Program-made: the position numbers and the translations under genes
The notes under the pieces: model-generated
The model's database searches: none
Told to the model about the DNA's origin: nothing
The model's input: the letters and a program-made list of their open reading frames with translations, nothing else
Shown here: positions 35,248-48,060 of the stretch, piece after piece
Layout of the letters: each line of letters starts with the position of its first letter
Numbering within the stretch: the first letter of the stretch is position 1
Assembly (NCBI GenBank): GCA_008632985.1
Contig: QPGO01000333.1
Span: 1-53,335 of the forward strand
Length of the DNA: 53,335 nt
DNA from: Psammoneis japonica
Lineage: Eukaryota
Reading direction: 5' to 3'

Positions 35248-38200
35248 TCATTTGTGATCAAGCTGCCAGGGACCAACCAAGTCTGCATGCTGATGCCGTT
35301 GCCTCACAGTTCTCTGGTCAGCTTGACAAGCAGTTGGATGGACCACTGCAAAAATCAATCCTGTGTCTTCCTGTTCGAAGAAACACAGCAAACAGTGGTT
35401 AAACTGTTGATCGCCCTTTCGTGCGCCAAAGGTCACACAGGCAAAGTCATGCCATGGTCCTTCACTTTTGCAACTGGGGTGTGCACGGTGCGCATCCCTC
35501 CCGTTTGCATTGTAAAACTCTGTCTTGCAAGTCAGGTGTGCACTTTCACTGTCTTCACCAACACAATCCTCCCACTTTTCGGACATGAAGCTCAGCAACA
35601 CAGGATGAACTTGGCAACGAGCATGCAAGCTGCTCCACTCAAACGTCACAGCGCCGATCCCTTGGTTGCAGGTGAGAGTGAATGCACTTCCTCCCAGCAT
35701 GTGATTGTCCGTCCTGACTCTTGATGATTCCTTTTTCCCAGTTGGCAAAATCCAACTGTCAGCTGAAATTGCGGCATTGAGCCTCATTTGGTCCTCGATG
35801 CGCGACACGACTTGCTTCAGAAAACTGTCAAGGTCACGTTGTTGTGCGGCAGATGACGGCAGCTTGAAAAAGTTGTTCAAGAGACATTCCCCCAACCCTG
35901 CGTCAAAGTTCATCGCATGTCGGTGACAACAAAGAAACACTGGGAGATGGAGTGTTTCATGAAGCTTTTGAAGCTTCTGCCCGCATCCTTCTGTTCGCGG
36001 GACGAATTGCACCATCCGGTCAATGAGGAGACGGATTTTCTTGTTCATTTTCTGAACAGATGAACTGGGAGTTGCGCTTGTGATGGGTGGATCGCCCAGC
36101 CTGCACCATGCATGGAAGACAAGAAGGTCCTCAAGCAATTGAATGAATTGCTGGACGCTGCAGTTGAGTCTTTTTCCCTTGTGTTTTTTCTTTTTTTGGT
36201 TGTCGTCACCATCCTCAGCCTCACCCTCCTCTTTCTCATCCTCATTTTCATCCCAGTCACCCTCTTCGGACTCCTCCGACCTTTCATCATCAGAGTCCAA
36301 GCACTCACTGGGTTGGCAGCAACTCTCAAAGTTTGCTTTGGGCATCTTGCGATTCTCTGGAACAATGGGTTCATCTGCGTCCTCGTCAAGGAAGCATGAC
36401 TCACATGCGTTTCGTCCCTCACTGGTCAACAGGAGAAGGTAGAAAACAAAAGCCATTCCAGCCCAGTGGTGAGAGTTGAGGAAGGCAAGCAACGTTGCTC
36501 CTCCTTTGAAGTTTGTTCGCAAAAAGGATGCTTTGCAAGTTGACCGGTGATTGCTGAAAATCCTTTCCACCATGCTGTCCACCTCACTTGCGACCACAGG
36601 TGTCATGCTGTCTGCAAATGAATTGATTGCCCTTTTCAAGGTGCCGTTTTCAAAGAGATGCATCATGTCGCTTGCTGTCGCAAGGGCAATGCCGAATGGT
36701 TGTGTGCCAAAGTCTGCCTCAAAAAGACAGTTGGTGGGTGCGTTGTGTTGCTTGAGGTGATGCAAGATGCCCAACCAGTGCTTCCTTTCTTGGTCTGATC
36801 TGTTGTCGTCATTGGCCTTAGTTTGCACTTGGTGGAGATCTAGTCCTTGGACAAACTTGCATTCAATCCATGGGTCGTCCAGTTTGTTGAAGCCAGTGAG
36901 GCGGCAAAAACGACAGCAACATTGACGACAGTTGTGACCTCTGCATCGTCCGACGAGACAGTCGCCGCTTTTTGCGTCTCCTGTGATCAGAACGATCAGT
37001 GGGATTGCGCGGAGGTGTCGCATCTCATCCCCTCGTTGCACGCATGTTTTCATGCCTCCTTTTCTCATGACTTCCAGAAGTGGCTCCAAAATGACACGTG
37101 AGCAAGTGTGGCAGTCTCTTGACGAGCGTCCCTTCTCCGCCTTGCGATTGTTTGAGATGTTCTTTGCTGCAGATGACGACATCTTTTCCAAATCCAGGAG
37201 ACAACCAATTGGTTGCCAGACACTCTTGTCTGACCATTTGTTGAAGGCAACATGCGCAGAGGTCATGATCACTGGTTCTCCGCAATGTGATCCCGTCCCT
37301 TGTGTCCTGCCAGTCTTGTCAAGGTGAATGACATTGCACTCGAGAAATTGTTTCTCCGGGTCAGTTGTCCGTTCTTCGCAACTGTGCCTGCACCACTCAC
37401 CCGCCAAAAGGCACTTGTCATCCGGTCCCTTCGCTTTGCACTTCCCAAAAGGATTGTCTGGATTGGCCACATTCTCTCTGCTGCACCACAGGTGAGGATC
37501 GAGTGAAAACTGTTCCCAAACCTTTGTGAAATCCCATCTTGGCACTGACACTCGTTTTGGCAAACCGGTTTTGAAATTTTTGGTTTCTAGAGTGACAGGA
37601 ATAGACTCGCTGGGTGGAAGAGGGAAATGATCAGTTAAGGTGCGCATCAACTCTTTTCTCCTTGGCAGAACTGCACCAAGCTCAATGTTGCTGTCACCAG
37701 TGTGCCTCTCAATGAAATCAACAATGCAGTTGCACAATTCCAGGGGAGCACCACGTGTGTCCATGATCTTCTTGCACAGCTCTGCGCAAGCTCCGTCAAG
37801 ATTTGTCAAAGAGGGAGTGGAAGCCAAGGCCTCTTCTGCAGGAGCATCACACCTGGTCCCCAAACGTTGATCCCCATTGTCACGCCCAACACTGCAGCAA
37901 AAGATTGACCACCGCCAACATCCAAATCGTTCATTGCTGAAAGTTCAACTCCATGCATGCTGTGGTTTGATGAAATGGAGGACATGTCATCCATTCCGTG
38001 CGGCGCGTCATCCTGGGAGGGGAACAAGGGGCTGCTGCTCAGATCACTCATTGAAGATCTTGGGAATCTGCTGCAAGTGTGTCGCCTCGGATGGGATTCG
38101 TCATCATCAGAGGACGAAGAGGAAGAGCTGCTGCTTTCTTCAGGTGGCCCCTCCATTGTGGCAGAAATGTCGCTTTGATCTGGGATTGGATCTTGGGTTT

Positions 38201-38312
38201 GCAACTCTTGGGCAACTGAGTGACACGTCGGTGAGCATCTCCAATGGCAGGCCATTCTCAAAAAACTTTGGCCACAACCGGGACAGAGAAGAGGGTTTCC
38301 ATCCATTGTCAA
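35248..38312 (-). pseudogene. Plavaka-family (CMC/EnSpm-related) transposase with N-terminal zinc finger; frameshift near 37860
   Basis: CPGCGQSF..H..SPTC; IHLDKT, WQPIGC, ITGDAKSGDCLVGR..CRFC, DMMHLFENG, KLQKLHETLH, NFDAGLGE, HRAHP..GPWHDF; only 2 Tyr in 871 aa. Confidence 0.85.
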
Positions 38313-38759
38313 TCAGTCAATGTTGACAGGGCCTTCATCAAGACTCACACTCGTCGTCCTTGTCTTGTGGATGAGAAGAGAAAAGAAGAACAACACGCAA
38401 AAAATGGCGGGAAATTGGCAAACATTGCATTGTGTTCCAGATTTGGATGATTCTTGTGGGTGTGACGTGTCTGCATTTTGATTTTTTATCTGGCATTCAC
38501 AATGAACATTGTTCTTTTTTATTTGCTGTCAAATTGCAGGACATTGTCTCCAATGAAACTCAATGACAGCCATGTCAAAAAGCAAGTTGGACTGTTCGTT
38601 GTTGTGTGCAAACACATTTTCAAATTTCAATGTTGCTGACAATGATTTGTGCAATGTCACAGAAAAAAACAGAGTGCCTGGCTGTCTCAACACGACCCAA
38701 ATGACGGTTGCACTGTCGAACAGCACCACTCCTCTCATTGTTGCCGTGAAAAGATCAAG

Positions 38760-40032
38760 ATGTCATCTCCAGCACCACCGGCAAAGAAGAGAAAGAAAAA
38801 TGAGACCATCAAGCCAATGAGCCCAAGACTTCAGGCAGTGTTGAAGAGAACAGGTGCACAGGCAGCACATGGTGCATTTAAATCAGAAGCAGAGAAGGTG
38901 GTTGGAAATGATCTGTTTCCACAGGTGAAGTTTCTCAGTCCATCAGAATTGGCAAGCAATGGGAGCGTCTCAATGTTTGTCAAGAAACAGATTGCTGGTG
39001 GCAACATGGACACTTCAAATTGGTCAGGAACTTGGGAGGAATGGACAAAAAAGGCGGCAAAAAGGCAAATTAACAATCGCAGAAACACGGTGTGTTCGGC
39101 TGTTGGGGTGGAGGCAATGGCCCGTAAGTCAAGTGACCAATGTGTGTGATTCAAGAGTTGCGCGTGTCTTGCAAGAAGATTGCGGTGATGCTTCTCTACA
39201 CGGCGTTGTCACTGAGGAAGAGGGNNNNNNNNNNNNNNNNNNNNNNNNNNNNNNNNNNNNNNNNNNNNNNNNNNNNNNNNNNNNNNNNNNNNNNNNNNNN
39301 NNNNNNNNNNNNNNNNNNNNNNNNNNNNNNNNNNNNNNNNNNNNNNNNNNNNNNNNNNNNNNNNNNNNNNNNNNNNNNNNNNNNNNNNNNNNNNNNNNNN
39401 NNNNNNNNNNNNNNNNNNNNNNNNNNNNNNNNNNNNNNNNNNNNNNNNNNNNNNNNNNNNNNNNNNNNNNNNNNNNNNNNNNNNNNNNNNNNNNNNNNNN
39501 NNNNNNNNNNNNNNNNNNNNNNNNNNNNNNNNNNNNNNNNNNNNNNNNNNNNNNNNNNNNNNNNNNNNNNNNNNNNNNNNNNNNNNNNNNNNNNNNNNNN
39601 NNNNNNNNNNNNNNNNNNNNNNNNNNNNNNNNNNNNNNNNNNNNNNNNNNNNNNNNNNNNNNNNNNNNNNNNNNNNNNNNNAAGAGGTGACGAAAGACAG
39701 AGACTCCAAGGAGGGCAAGGAGTTTGAAAAGTGGCATGCGGAGATCAAGAAAAGCGAGCACGAGAAGTCCGGAGAAGCAAAAAAGAAGAAGAAGAAAGCA
39801 CTGACCGGTGACACGGAGAAAAAAGGTGAAGGCAATGAACAGCCTGATGGTGGAGAGCAGCAGGGACAATGACAGTGACGACAATGAGTGGGAGGAAGGC
39901 GCAAAAGGCAAAACGGATGACGGAGGAGACAAGCCCAATGGAGACGAGTCCGATGATGATCGTCAGCTCAGTTTAAGAGAGTTGCAGCAAGAAAATGTGT
40001 GCACAGTTGACACAGCACTCGGTCATTGCACT
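38760..40032 (+). pseudogene. Divergent accessory gene of the Plavaka element, spanning the assembly gap
   Basis: NLS-like PAKKRKK, LFPQVKFL...W...INNRRN block, probable intron donor GTAAGT at 39124, acidic/basic tail after the gap. Confidence 0.5.
39225..39681. other. Assembly gap (N run)
   Basis: 457 consecutive N. Confidence 1.
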
Positions 40033-40734
40033 GCAGATGCAACAAGGGATTGACTCAACCGATGAAATGCTTTTCTTGTTTAAAATGATGTTTACGAAAA
40101 TTAACAAACCAAGGATTGTGTGGCAATGCAATCATGCATTGGCACATGGCAACAAGGTGGAGGCAGAAACAGCGATGTGGACACAGTGAAAAACAGCATG
40201 CACAATTCTCAACAAGTCATTGCAACATTGGTGCACCAAACTTGCAACCAGAGGTTGGCCTTTCATCACATGACAATGATTTTTTGCAATGTTTTGACAA
40301 ATTGTCATCATGCAAATCTGCACATTTTTAACATTTCGTGCACTCTGATGCCAGCGGGGCCAAACTGAGCAAACAAGAAAGCTCTCTTTTGTTGCCATGA
40401 AGAGCATGCTGAAGCATGGAAGATTTGTGAAAATCAGCAGAGTTGAAGACAATGGGTGCTGCCATTGTTGGACACATCCCCGTGTTTCGCTGTGTTTTTG
40501 TCGGAGGTCAAGATTGGAGGTGGGAGGAGCACTGGAAAGCAGCAAGATGTGGCTCTGTAAATTTCTACGTGGCTCTGGTGCAAAATTGCAATGAATGGAA
40601 ATTTTCCTCTTCAGGGCAATCCAAGGCACTTCATGCACAAAAAGGGACAAGAGTGTTCAGCAATTTGCAGCATGCAATCACAAATGTTGCAACTCCCTTT
40701 GACATCTTTTTCGGAATCCAAAAAATCTTTTTTG

Positions 40735-40940
40735 GGGGGGCATCTTTGGAAGCAAGACTGTCGAAGAAAGTTGCACAGAATTTGCACTGAAACAGTCTGT
40801 CAATCAGTGCAATCAGGGCATTTGGGGACACTGGACAGATCCCATGTGTTTGCTTTTGCATGCAAATTGCACTGGGAAGACCCCCAAATGCACTGGCAAT
40901 CAGACCGCCTTCGACAATCTCACTTCCAAAGACGCCTCCC
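40735..40940. mobile_element. MITE-like element related internally to 14643-14853
   Basis: 32-bp arms GGGGGGCATCTTTGGAAGCAAGACTGTCGAAG / reverse complement GGGAGGCGTCTTTGGAAGTGAGATTGTCGAAG; interior aligns with inverted 14680-14820. Confidence 0.7.
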
Positions 40941-43900
40941 ATTCTGGGCCTTGGCTTGCAACCACCACAACAGAAGATGATGTTGCATCTGTCTTCAGCT
41001 TGCTGCTTCTCCTGGACTCTGTTTTGTTCCATCTCTCCATGTGAAGTCCATTTTCATGCCGCTTGCTTTGGAGTTGTCATCATGCAGGCCTTGTTTGCAA
41101 TTGACTGCATCAACAAGCCATCACAGGCTCCGCATTCTCTGTGCTGTTTTCCCTGCACCAGAAATGTTTGTTGCTTGTGATGGATGCACAGGATTTCACA
41201 ATTGTGATTTGATGGGAGGTGAGCTCAAGAAAAAACCAGGGACTTGTGGCGGAGCAGCTTTGCAACTCATTGGCAACATGTTGTGGGGCCGGATGCTTGC
41301 ACCATTCATGCAATCTTACAAACTGGAAGAGCTCAGACAAGTGTGTCAAGTGTGTGGAACAGCACATTGCACAATGTTTGAAAGGAAGCTGTTGGATTCT
41401 CACACATGGCACTTGTTAATCTTGCAAGCCATTTGGATGGACTCTTGGACCCAATTGTGGATTGCAAGGAGACAAAGCTGCGTTTTTGTGCTGATCAGCT
41501 TGTTTTTCTACAATCGTGGTGAAAGAAAGCGGAGAAACTTCAGGCAATGTCTGTGCTCAGGAAGCAGGAAGGCAGCTGCAAAGATGCAGTCAAGTCTGCA
41601 AAGAAACATGCTGAGAAGCAGCCAAAAACAAAAGACACACAAGGAGCCCCAATCAAGATGTTCAATTTTCATGAATTTGCCAAACCACGGAGGAGGAAAT
41701 GCAGCAAATCCCATCGCTCACCAGCAGACAGCATGCTTTGACTGTGCGCTTTGTGATTTTAATCTTTTGTTTCAAAACGGTGTTGGCGTTGATGCAAATG
41801 GATCGTCTGCTGCCTGTCCAAGGCTGAGGACAGCCCAAGGAATCTTTGTCAACTTCAAAAATGCCAAGAAAACTTCCCATCAAAGATGCCTTTTGGTGTT
41901 GCTCAAATTGGATCTTTCTTCCTCGTGCATTCAAGCAAATGGAAGTGGAGCATTTCATCCCACTCATTGGCAAGTTTTGGGAGGGACTTGCTGTTTTGGC
42001 GGTCGAGACAAGTGTGTTTGTTGCGCAGTTGCTTGGCACTGTCAACAAGGCTGTTGAGGAAGAAAGTCACCCCACCATGTGGCCTGCTCTGATTGCAAAT
42101 CCGCGCCAAGATGCTGGGCTTGCCAGACACCAAATGGAAAGTGCAGTGCCATGGCATGAACCAACTGCTGAAATTGCAAAACACATGGCGACATGGATCT
42201 TTAGCAAAGTCTGAACATTTCTGCAGGTGGGTGCATCTGTGTCCTCACTCTCTCAACTGTTGCACATCAATCTCACAACATCCGCCATTTCCTTTTTCAA
42301 GACACAAGTCCAATCCATTTGCATCTTGTGTTCTTGGAAGAGTTGATTTTGTTGGTGCAAGGTTGTTTGGGACAGCACCGCTGCAGAGCATGACAGGGTG
42401 CCTGCCAAAGGCACAGTCAGTGATGGCACAGATCACAACCCACAACCAATCATGTGGCACATTGCAGCTGCATGGCAGGCAAGAAGGGCCTCAGAGATGG
42501 CAATCCAATGAAAGGTGATGCTGTGGCATCAAGAAGACATTCTGACATTTTGGCGGCAGTCCAAAGGACACATCGTCATGGCCCTTCTGAATGAAGTCAC
42601 TCTTGTCAAGGCAACCATTGACAAAGTTTGCCAATCCAAGGATTCTTTGTTGGTGTCAACATGCTTGCTGGCATGCTGCCTCAGCTTGCAGTCAGCAAAT
42701 GAGCTCACAATGCCCCATTTCTTCCATGCAGATGAGCAGCATTGCTGCACTCTCTCTCAAAAAGATCACAAAAGGATGAGGTGGTTCAAAGTGATGGATG
42801 TTGAAGAGCAAGCCTGTTTTCCAGGACAGAGAGCAGACATTTGCACCCAAGACTGTGCAAGCCATCATTTTTTGGATCGACAACAAACAATGTTGTCTTC
42901 CAGAGAATCCATTTTCCAACATTGCTTGTGCATCTCAGCCCTCATTTCAACTGTGAAGGATCACTGAAGAGCCTTTCTGAGAGCCTCAAAACAATCTTGC
43001 ACAATTGTTGTCAAGCTCGTCACAACATCAACGACACACCAAATGTCAAATCAAACGCAGCTCTTTCGTGATGAAGTCACTGCCGCAGCTGCCACAAACC
43101 AGTGGCCCCAGCAAGGGCAACACTTTCTTTTTGATGCCAAGAACAAATGGATCACTCAAACAGCAACACGCACTTGGTCTTTGAATGAATGGTTGCTCAT
43201 TTGGACACGTCCAGTGACCACTTGCTGGCTGACCATGCTGCTCGGTTTTTTCCGATGGATCCCATGGCTCAAGGCTGGTCCAATGCAGGTGGCCTTGTCC
43301 AAGACAAGTTGACTCCTCAACTTGACAACATTGAATGTGTTGGTCAAGGGGATTCAGACAACATGCCAACAAGCACAATGAGTTGTGGAGTGCCAAACAA
43401 GAGCAAACCATGTGTTGGGTGAAGCCAAAGGAGAAGTTCAGATTTGGTCTGATGGGGGGGGCATCCAATGTGCAAATGGTGCAGACACTTTCTGCCAAAA
43501 TGATTTTCTTCTTCACTTCTCTCACATGCTGAACCAGAACGGCAAGCCATCCTTGGTGATTGCGATGTTGCGGTTGGCAAAAACAAGCACATCATGCAAA
43601 ATGACAAGCTGTGGTCCAAATTGAGCAAGGGCCAGCTAAATGTGCTCATCTGGAGCAGATTTTGCACACCAAAATGCACAAAAAATGGCTGCATGCAATC
43701 TGCACAGATGCAGCACTGATGGATGATGTCACAGCCTCCCTCCAACCCTGTGCGCACTGTCTGCGGCTGCCGTGAGCTTCCACAGCCATGGCTGAAATCC
43801 TGCGCAACCTTGTTGAGATCTGCGTGTTTGAGCAACTGAACAGCAAGCACTGTTGCTTGCTTGAGCAGGTGACAGTTGCAAATGCATGTGGTGGTGAGTT

Positions 43901-44466
43901 TTGTGGCTGTCACTTCCTGTCTCTAGAGGGCCAATTGCTTCTGTTGCAGTTGCAAGCTCATCACGAGTGCACTGCAACGTTTTGGTGTGTGACGCCACAC
44001 AGAATCCTGGCATGTTTCCATGCAGCAGTGCATTTTTGTGCATTTGGCACAAAATGCAACAGGAATCATTCAAAAATGTCACATTGGTCACATTCAACAT
44101 TTCACAAAAGAAAAAAAACAAAATCGTGTGGAAATGCACACAATGTCATGCAAGAGAGTGATTGGAGCCAACAACTTTTTGGGAGCTGAATTGAAATGCC
44201 ATGTGATTGATGGTGTTGGCCTTCACCATGTGAGTCAAAATGCTGTCAATCAGATGGCATTTCAATCGATTTTCCAAGAAGTTGTTGACATTCACACATG
44301 GAATGGATGGACAGACTGACAACAATTGTTTTTGGCGGGTGCTGGTGTGCTCCTGCACAATTTCTGCATGATGACTCTCAGGACCCCAATGATTGCTGTT
44401 GGACCCAAAACCTCAAAAATGTGCACTGCACATTTGGCCGGTCCTCAAAATTGAGAAAGAATTTCC

Positions 44467-44735
44467 GAGAGATTTTGTGTGTTGTGACCGTTGCTAAATT
44501 TCTCAGTCACTGTCATTTTTGTGCATCTTTGCAGAATTGATGCCATGATTTTGCATGCAAAAGATTTGTGGGAACTCAGCACTTTCCAAAATGTTGCCAG
44601 CTTCTGCATGCACTTCATGGCATCTGTAGAAAATGCATGAAAATGTTGCCAAAGCAACGTCTTCATTGTTGAGGTCCAAGCTCAAAAGAACTGGCAGGTG
44701 GCACAACACATCATGCCACAGCACGGCATTCAGCA
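44467..44735 (+). repeat. Dispersed ~260-bp repeat, hypermutated copy
   Basis: Aligns with 48987-49241; differences are mostly TA or CG -> TG/CA. Confidence 0.85.
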
Positions 44736-44973
44736 CAGGCTTGCACATTGTTCCATTTTTCATTCATTCTCAAAATTTTGGGCTTGAGTGAACAGACACA
44801 AGTTGATGCTTTGTCAGAACAAGTGAATGAGTGAGTGATGATGTCGCCACAGTGTGAGCTCCAAGAGCTCAAATCTGCGGTGCTGCAGGGTGCACCAGTG
44901 TGCTGTGCCAACCAAAACCAATGTGTGGCTCTTTCTGCCAATGGCAGTTGATTGCTGCTGTCACTGATGCTTT

Positions 44974-46700
44974 TTACACCAACTGCTCACAACACCACTT
45001 GCACCGCAATTCAGTTTTGTGTCTCCAATCAGCCATGGTCTCATGCTCTGACAGGTTCATGGCCTCCAGATTCAGTGGAAGCTCTTCCTCTGCATCAAGA
45101 TTTGCCACCTTGAGTTTCTCATCCCAGTGACCACTCACCATTTGTTTGACTGGTTCCCTGTCCCACCAGCGTGGGTTTGCCTTGAGCATCATGACAGCTT
45201 CCAAGAGATGTGGCTCCATGTTCTTCCAATCATCAGCCAGCACTTTAGATGCAAGACTGAAAAGCCTTTCTGCCTCCACAGTCATGGCACAGATCACAGA
45301 AGGATCCATGTGCTTGCTGCCATGCCTTGCTTTCTTCTGAGCTTTTGCATCTTCCGCCACCTTCAAGGGATGGTCCAATGCTGGAGTGCTGCTGGCATCA
45401 TCTTCAGCCTCCATGACAGACAGACATGCATCCAGTCTTTCTTCAAGAGGACTTTGCATGCCTCCTGTTCAGATTCCATCAGAGTGTGCTCCTTGGCTGC
45501 CAGAATCTTGATGACGCATCGCTTGAACTCAGGTGACTTCACCAAGGTGTGGTCAGTTGTCAGCCAGTGGTGAAAATCTTTGCTGTCATTCACTTCTTCA
45601 GCCTGTGTGACAGAATTCATGGGGTGCTTCTGCAAGCAGGTCATCAAAGATGGTTTTTAATGTTGGGAGGTGCATCACAGCCACCACGCTCTTCTCAGAC
45701 TGTTTCTTGGGAGTGCCGTCTGCCTCCTTTTCCAGAATGACGGGGGCACATCATCATCAAAGATCTTAGTTTTTTCCAGTGATTGGTGCACCACGTCAGT
45801 TTGCACACAAGTTCAGTTGCATGCAGAGAGAACACAGAATGGCAGAGTCAGTGACAGGTGACAGCAACCACAATGAATGCAGCACACTCAGAGCAGAACA
45901 CTTGCGCCACTTTTCCTGTCCACCGAGTGAGCTGCACTGTGGAGGCTTGGGCTGAGCCTGACTCCTTTCTCTCTTGACTTGCCCCAGTTGTTCAATGACC
46001 CACTCAACTTCTTTTGTGTTGCACTGCATTCGTCAACAAACTCAGCTGGGCTGGTGTCATGTTCAATCTCTTCTTTGCATGCAAGATTGGCTGGGCGGCA
46101 AAGAGCACCAACGAATGCCATCACAGCGGGTCAAGGCCCCGGGTGGACTTGGGATTGGCTGGTGTCAGTGTTGTCCATGGCAGCAGCAACAAGGTCACCC
46201 AAGGATGCATCAAGACCACACCACTTGCACGTGGCCGCAAGGAACTTGGCCTTCAACTTCGCATTCTGGGCAGCTTCATCCAAGAATGGTGCAAAAGCCA
46301 GCAATGCACTCAATGCCTCCACCTCCTTGGTTTCATCATTTGGCCAAGGCCAGTCATAGAGCCAAGTGAAGAAGTGGCATCCTGCGGCACTCCACCCATC
46401 ACCCGCACCAAATCCCTTGCCAATCTTTTCTTTGACACGCAAAGACGTGACATCTGAAAGCTTCGCCACCCACCAGTTGCAAATGGTGCGACGATCCACA
46501 CCAGCCATCACTGCATTGCAAAGAACCACAGGGTTGCATGTCCCTGCTTGTGCACAGATGGTCTCCAGAGACCATCTGTGCACTGTCGCCTGCACAGATG
46601 GTCTCGAGCTCGCACGGCAAACACAAGCAGGGACACAAACTTTCACGCAAAAATCTTTCCGTTGGTGGCAGAAACACATGATCAGTCAGTCGTGACAACT
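44974..46700 (-). pseudogene. hAT-superfamily transposase remnant
   Basis: GFGAGDGWS, LLAFAPFLDE, MDNTDT, LCRPANLAC, and dimerisation domain KHMDPSVICAMTVEAERLFSLASKVL..MEPHLLEAVMMLKAN..WWD. Confidence 0.8.
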
Positions 46701-46883
46701 TCGCATCAGCGATCTTGCGACTTCAACTTCTTGCGTCATCGCAACAACCACGATTCTCCATCCCACCGGTGCTGCATGGCACATCGTGACGATGATGCAT
46801 GGTGCATCGTGACAATGATTCCTCCAACAAAAGTGCTCCCTTGTTGCATTTGTCATTGCTGTTTTACAACAAGTCATCGGAGG

Positions 46884-48060
46884 ATGATTTCTGTTCTTTT
46901 TGCTTGGTGGCCAGCAGTGTTCTCATTGCTCTGTTCGAATCCAACCCCAGCAATCGCATCATCGTGTTTTGTTGCAAATCGATTGCTTGGAAATCTGCAC
47001 AAGAGACTGATGCTGTGAGGACGTGCAACAACGCGACTCCAAGCAGTGTCCTGCAGAAACGTCTTTGTGATTTCCTTTGATGGCAGCGTTGCTGACACAT
47101 CCACATGGAGAACACAACAGGGCGCAGTGGCCGCGTTGGACACGTGGCCAACGTTGCGAGAAATGACTGGCAACAATGACAACGACCAGCAATGGCTTTA
47201 CAACAAGCTTGGAATCTTGTCTCACGTGCTTGCAAGTTGACCAGGATCTAGCTTGGGATGCAAGCACGCCTTGTTGGCTCGACTGTTTTTGGAAGAGCAA
47301 GAATTAGATGAGGGAGGATCCACGGGACGAACGGGAAAGTTTGCTTCCCAAGTTCCATCCATCGACTGCGACAAAACAACAGACACAACGACGCACCAAC
47401 AGGCAAGGAAGTGGACCTCTTGCCATGGGAGAAGTCGTGGCCAATTGGCATGATGGGGGATTTCTCCATGAGTCGTTACTTGCAAAGCACAATGTCGAAG
47501 GAGGCAGCCCTCTGCCGCATCTTCAAGTTGCTGTTGAACGACAAGAATCGAACGAGGTGAGTGTGGTGTGGTGCTTTGGAGTTGGGGTATCATTGTGAAG
47601 CCAGTTTTTGTCTCATGAAATGCGATTGGTTTGCACAATTGTTCTTGCCAACTGAATTCATGCAAAAGGATTTCGAGCTGCAGACGGTTGAGCCACTCAT
47701 TGCGGATTCACTGCGGGGTTGCACAGGTGACGTTTTTGTCACAGGGTGCACCGGCAGCCATCAGAATCCATTGCGGTTGTTCCACATTGCACCACCAGCA
47801 CCAGTGAGCTGCAAACAGTCAAGCGATTTGCAGAGCAACTGGACCAAGCCAGCAGCGAAAATGAAGAAACAAACCCATTTGTCGTCAACTCGTCTTGGCA
47901 GTCTCTTCAAAAATTGAAGCTGCTGTTTGGAGACAACATGCCCCGCAAACGGTGAAACGAAATCCCGACGAGCTTTGCAAAAATGCAAGAGCTTGATCAA
48001 GTCAACCTCTCCCTCAACCTGCCACATTGGGCCTGCACTGCAAATCAAATTGCACACAAC
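46884..48060 (+). pseudogene. Host-like gene (conserved diatom hypothetical protein, HAD-like start), pseudogenised and TpA-depleted
   Basis: VFVISFDGSVADT, WLYNKL, LLARLFLEEQELDEG..GKFA, GPLAMGEVVANW; donor GTGAGT near 47557; stops and frameshifts; family recognition is from memory only. Confidence 0.5.

Larger units (their letters stand above)
28053..40350 (-). mobile_element. Large TIR DNA transposon encoding a Plavaka-type transposase and accessory ORFs
   Basis: 15-bp perfect inverted repeat CATCAGAGTGCACGA (28053-28067, 40336-40350) with further loose subterminal similarity; encloses the transposase. Confidence 0.7.

Noticed and set aside
38959..39938. Long ORFs spanning 39225-39681
   Set aside because: They are open only because of the N gap
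44886..46811. hAT TIR pair CAGGGTGCACCA / TGGTGCATCGTG
   Set aside because: Only 10 of 12 match and no 8-bp TSD; ends left undefined
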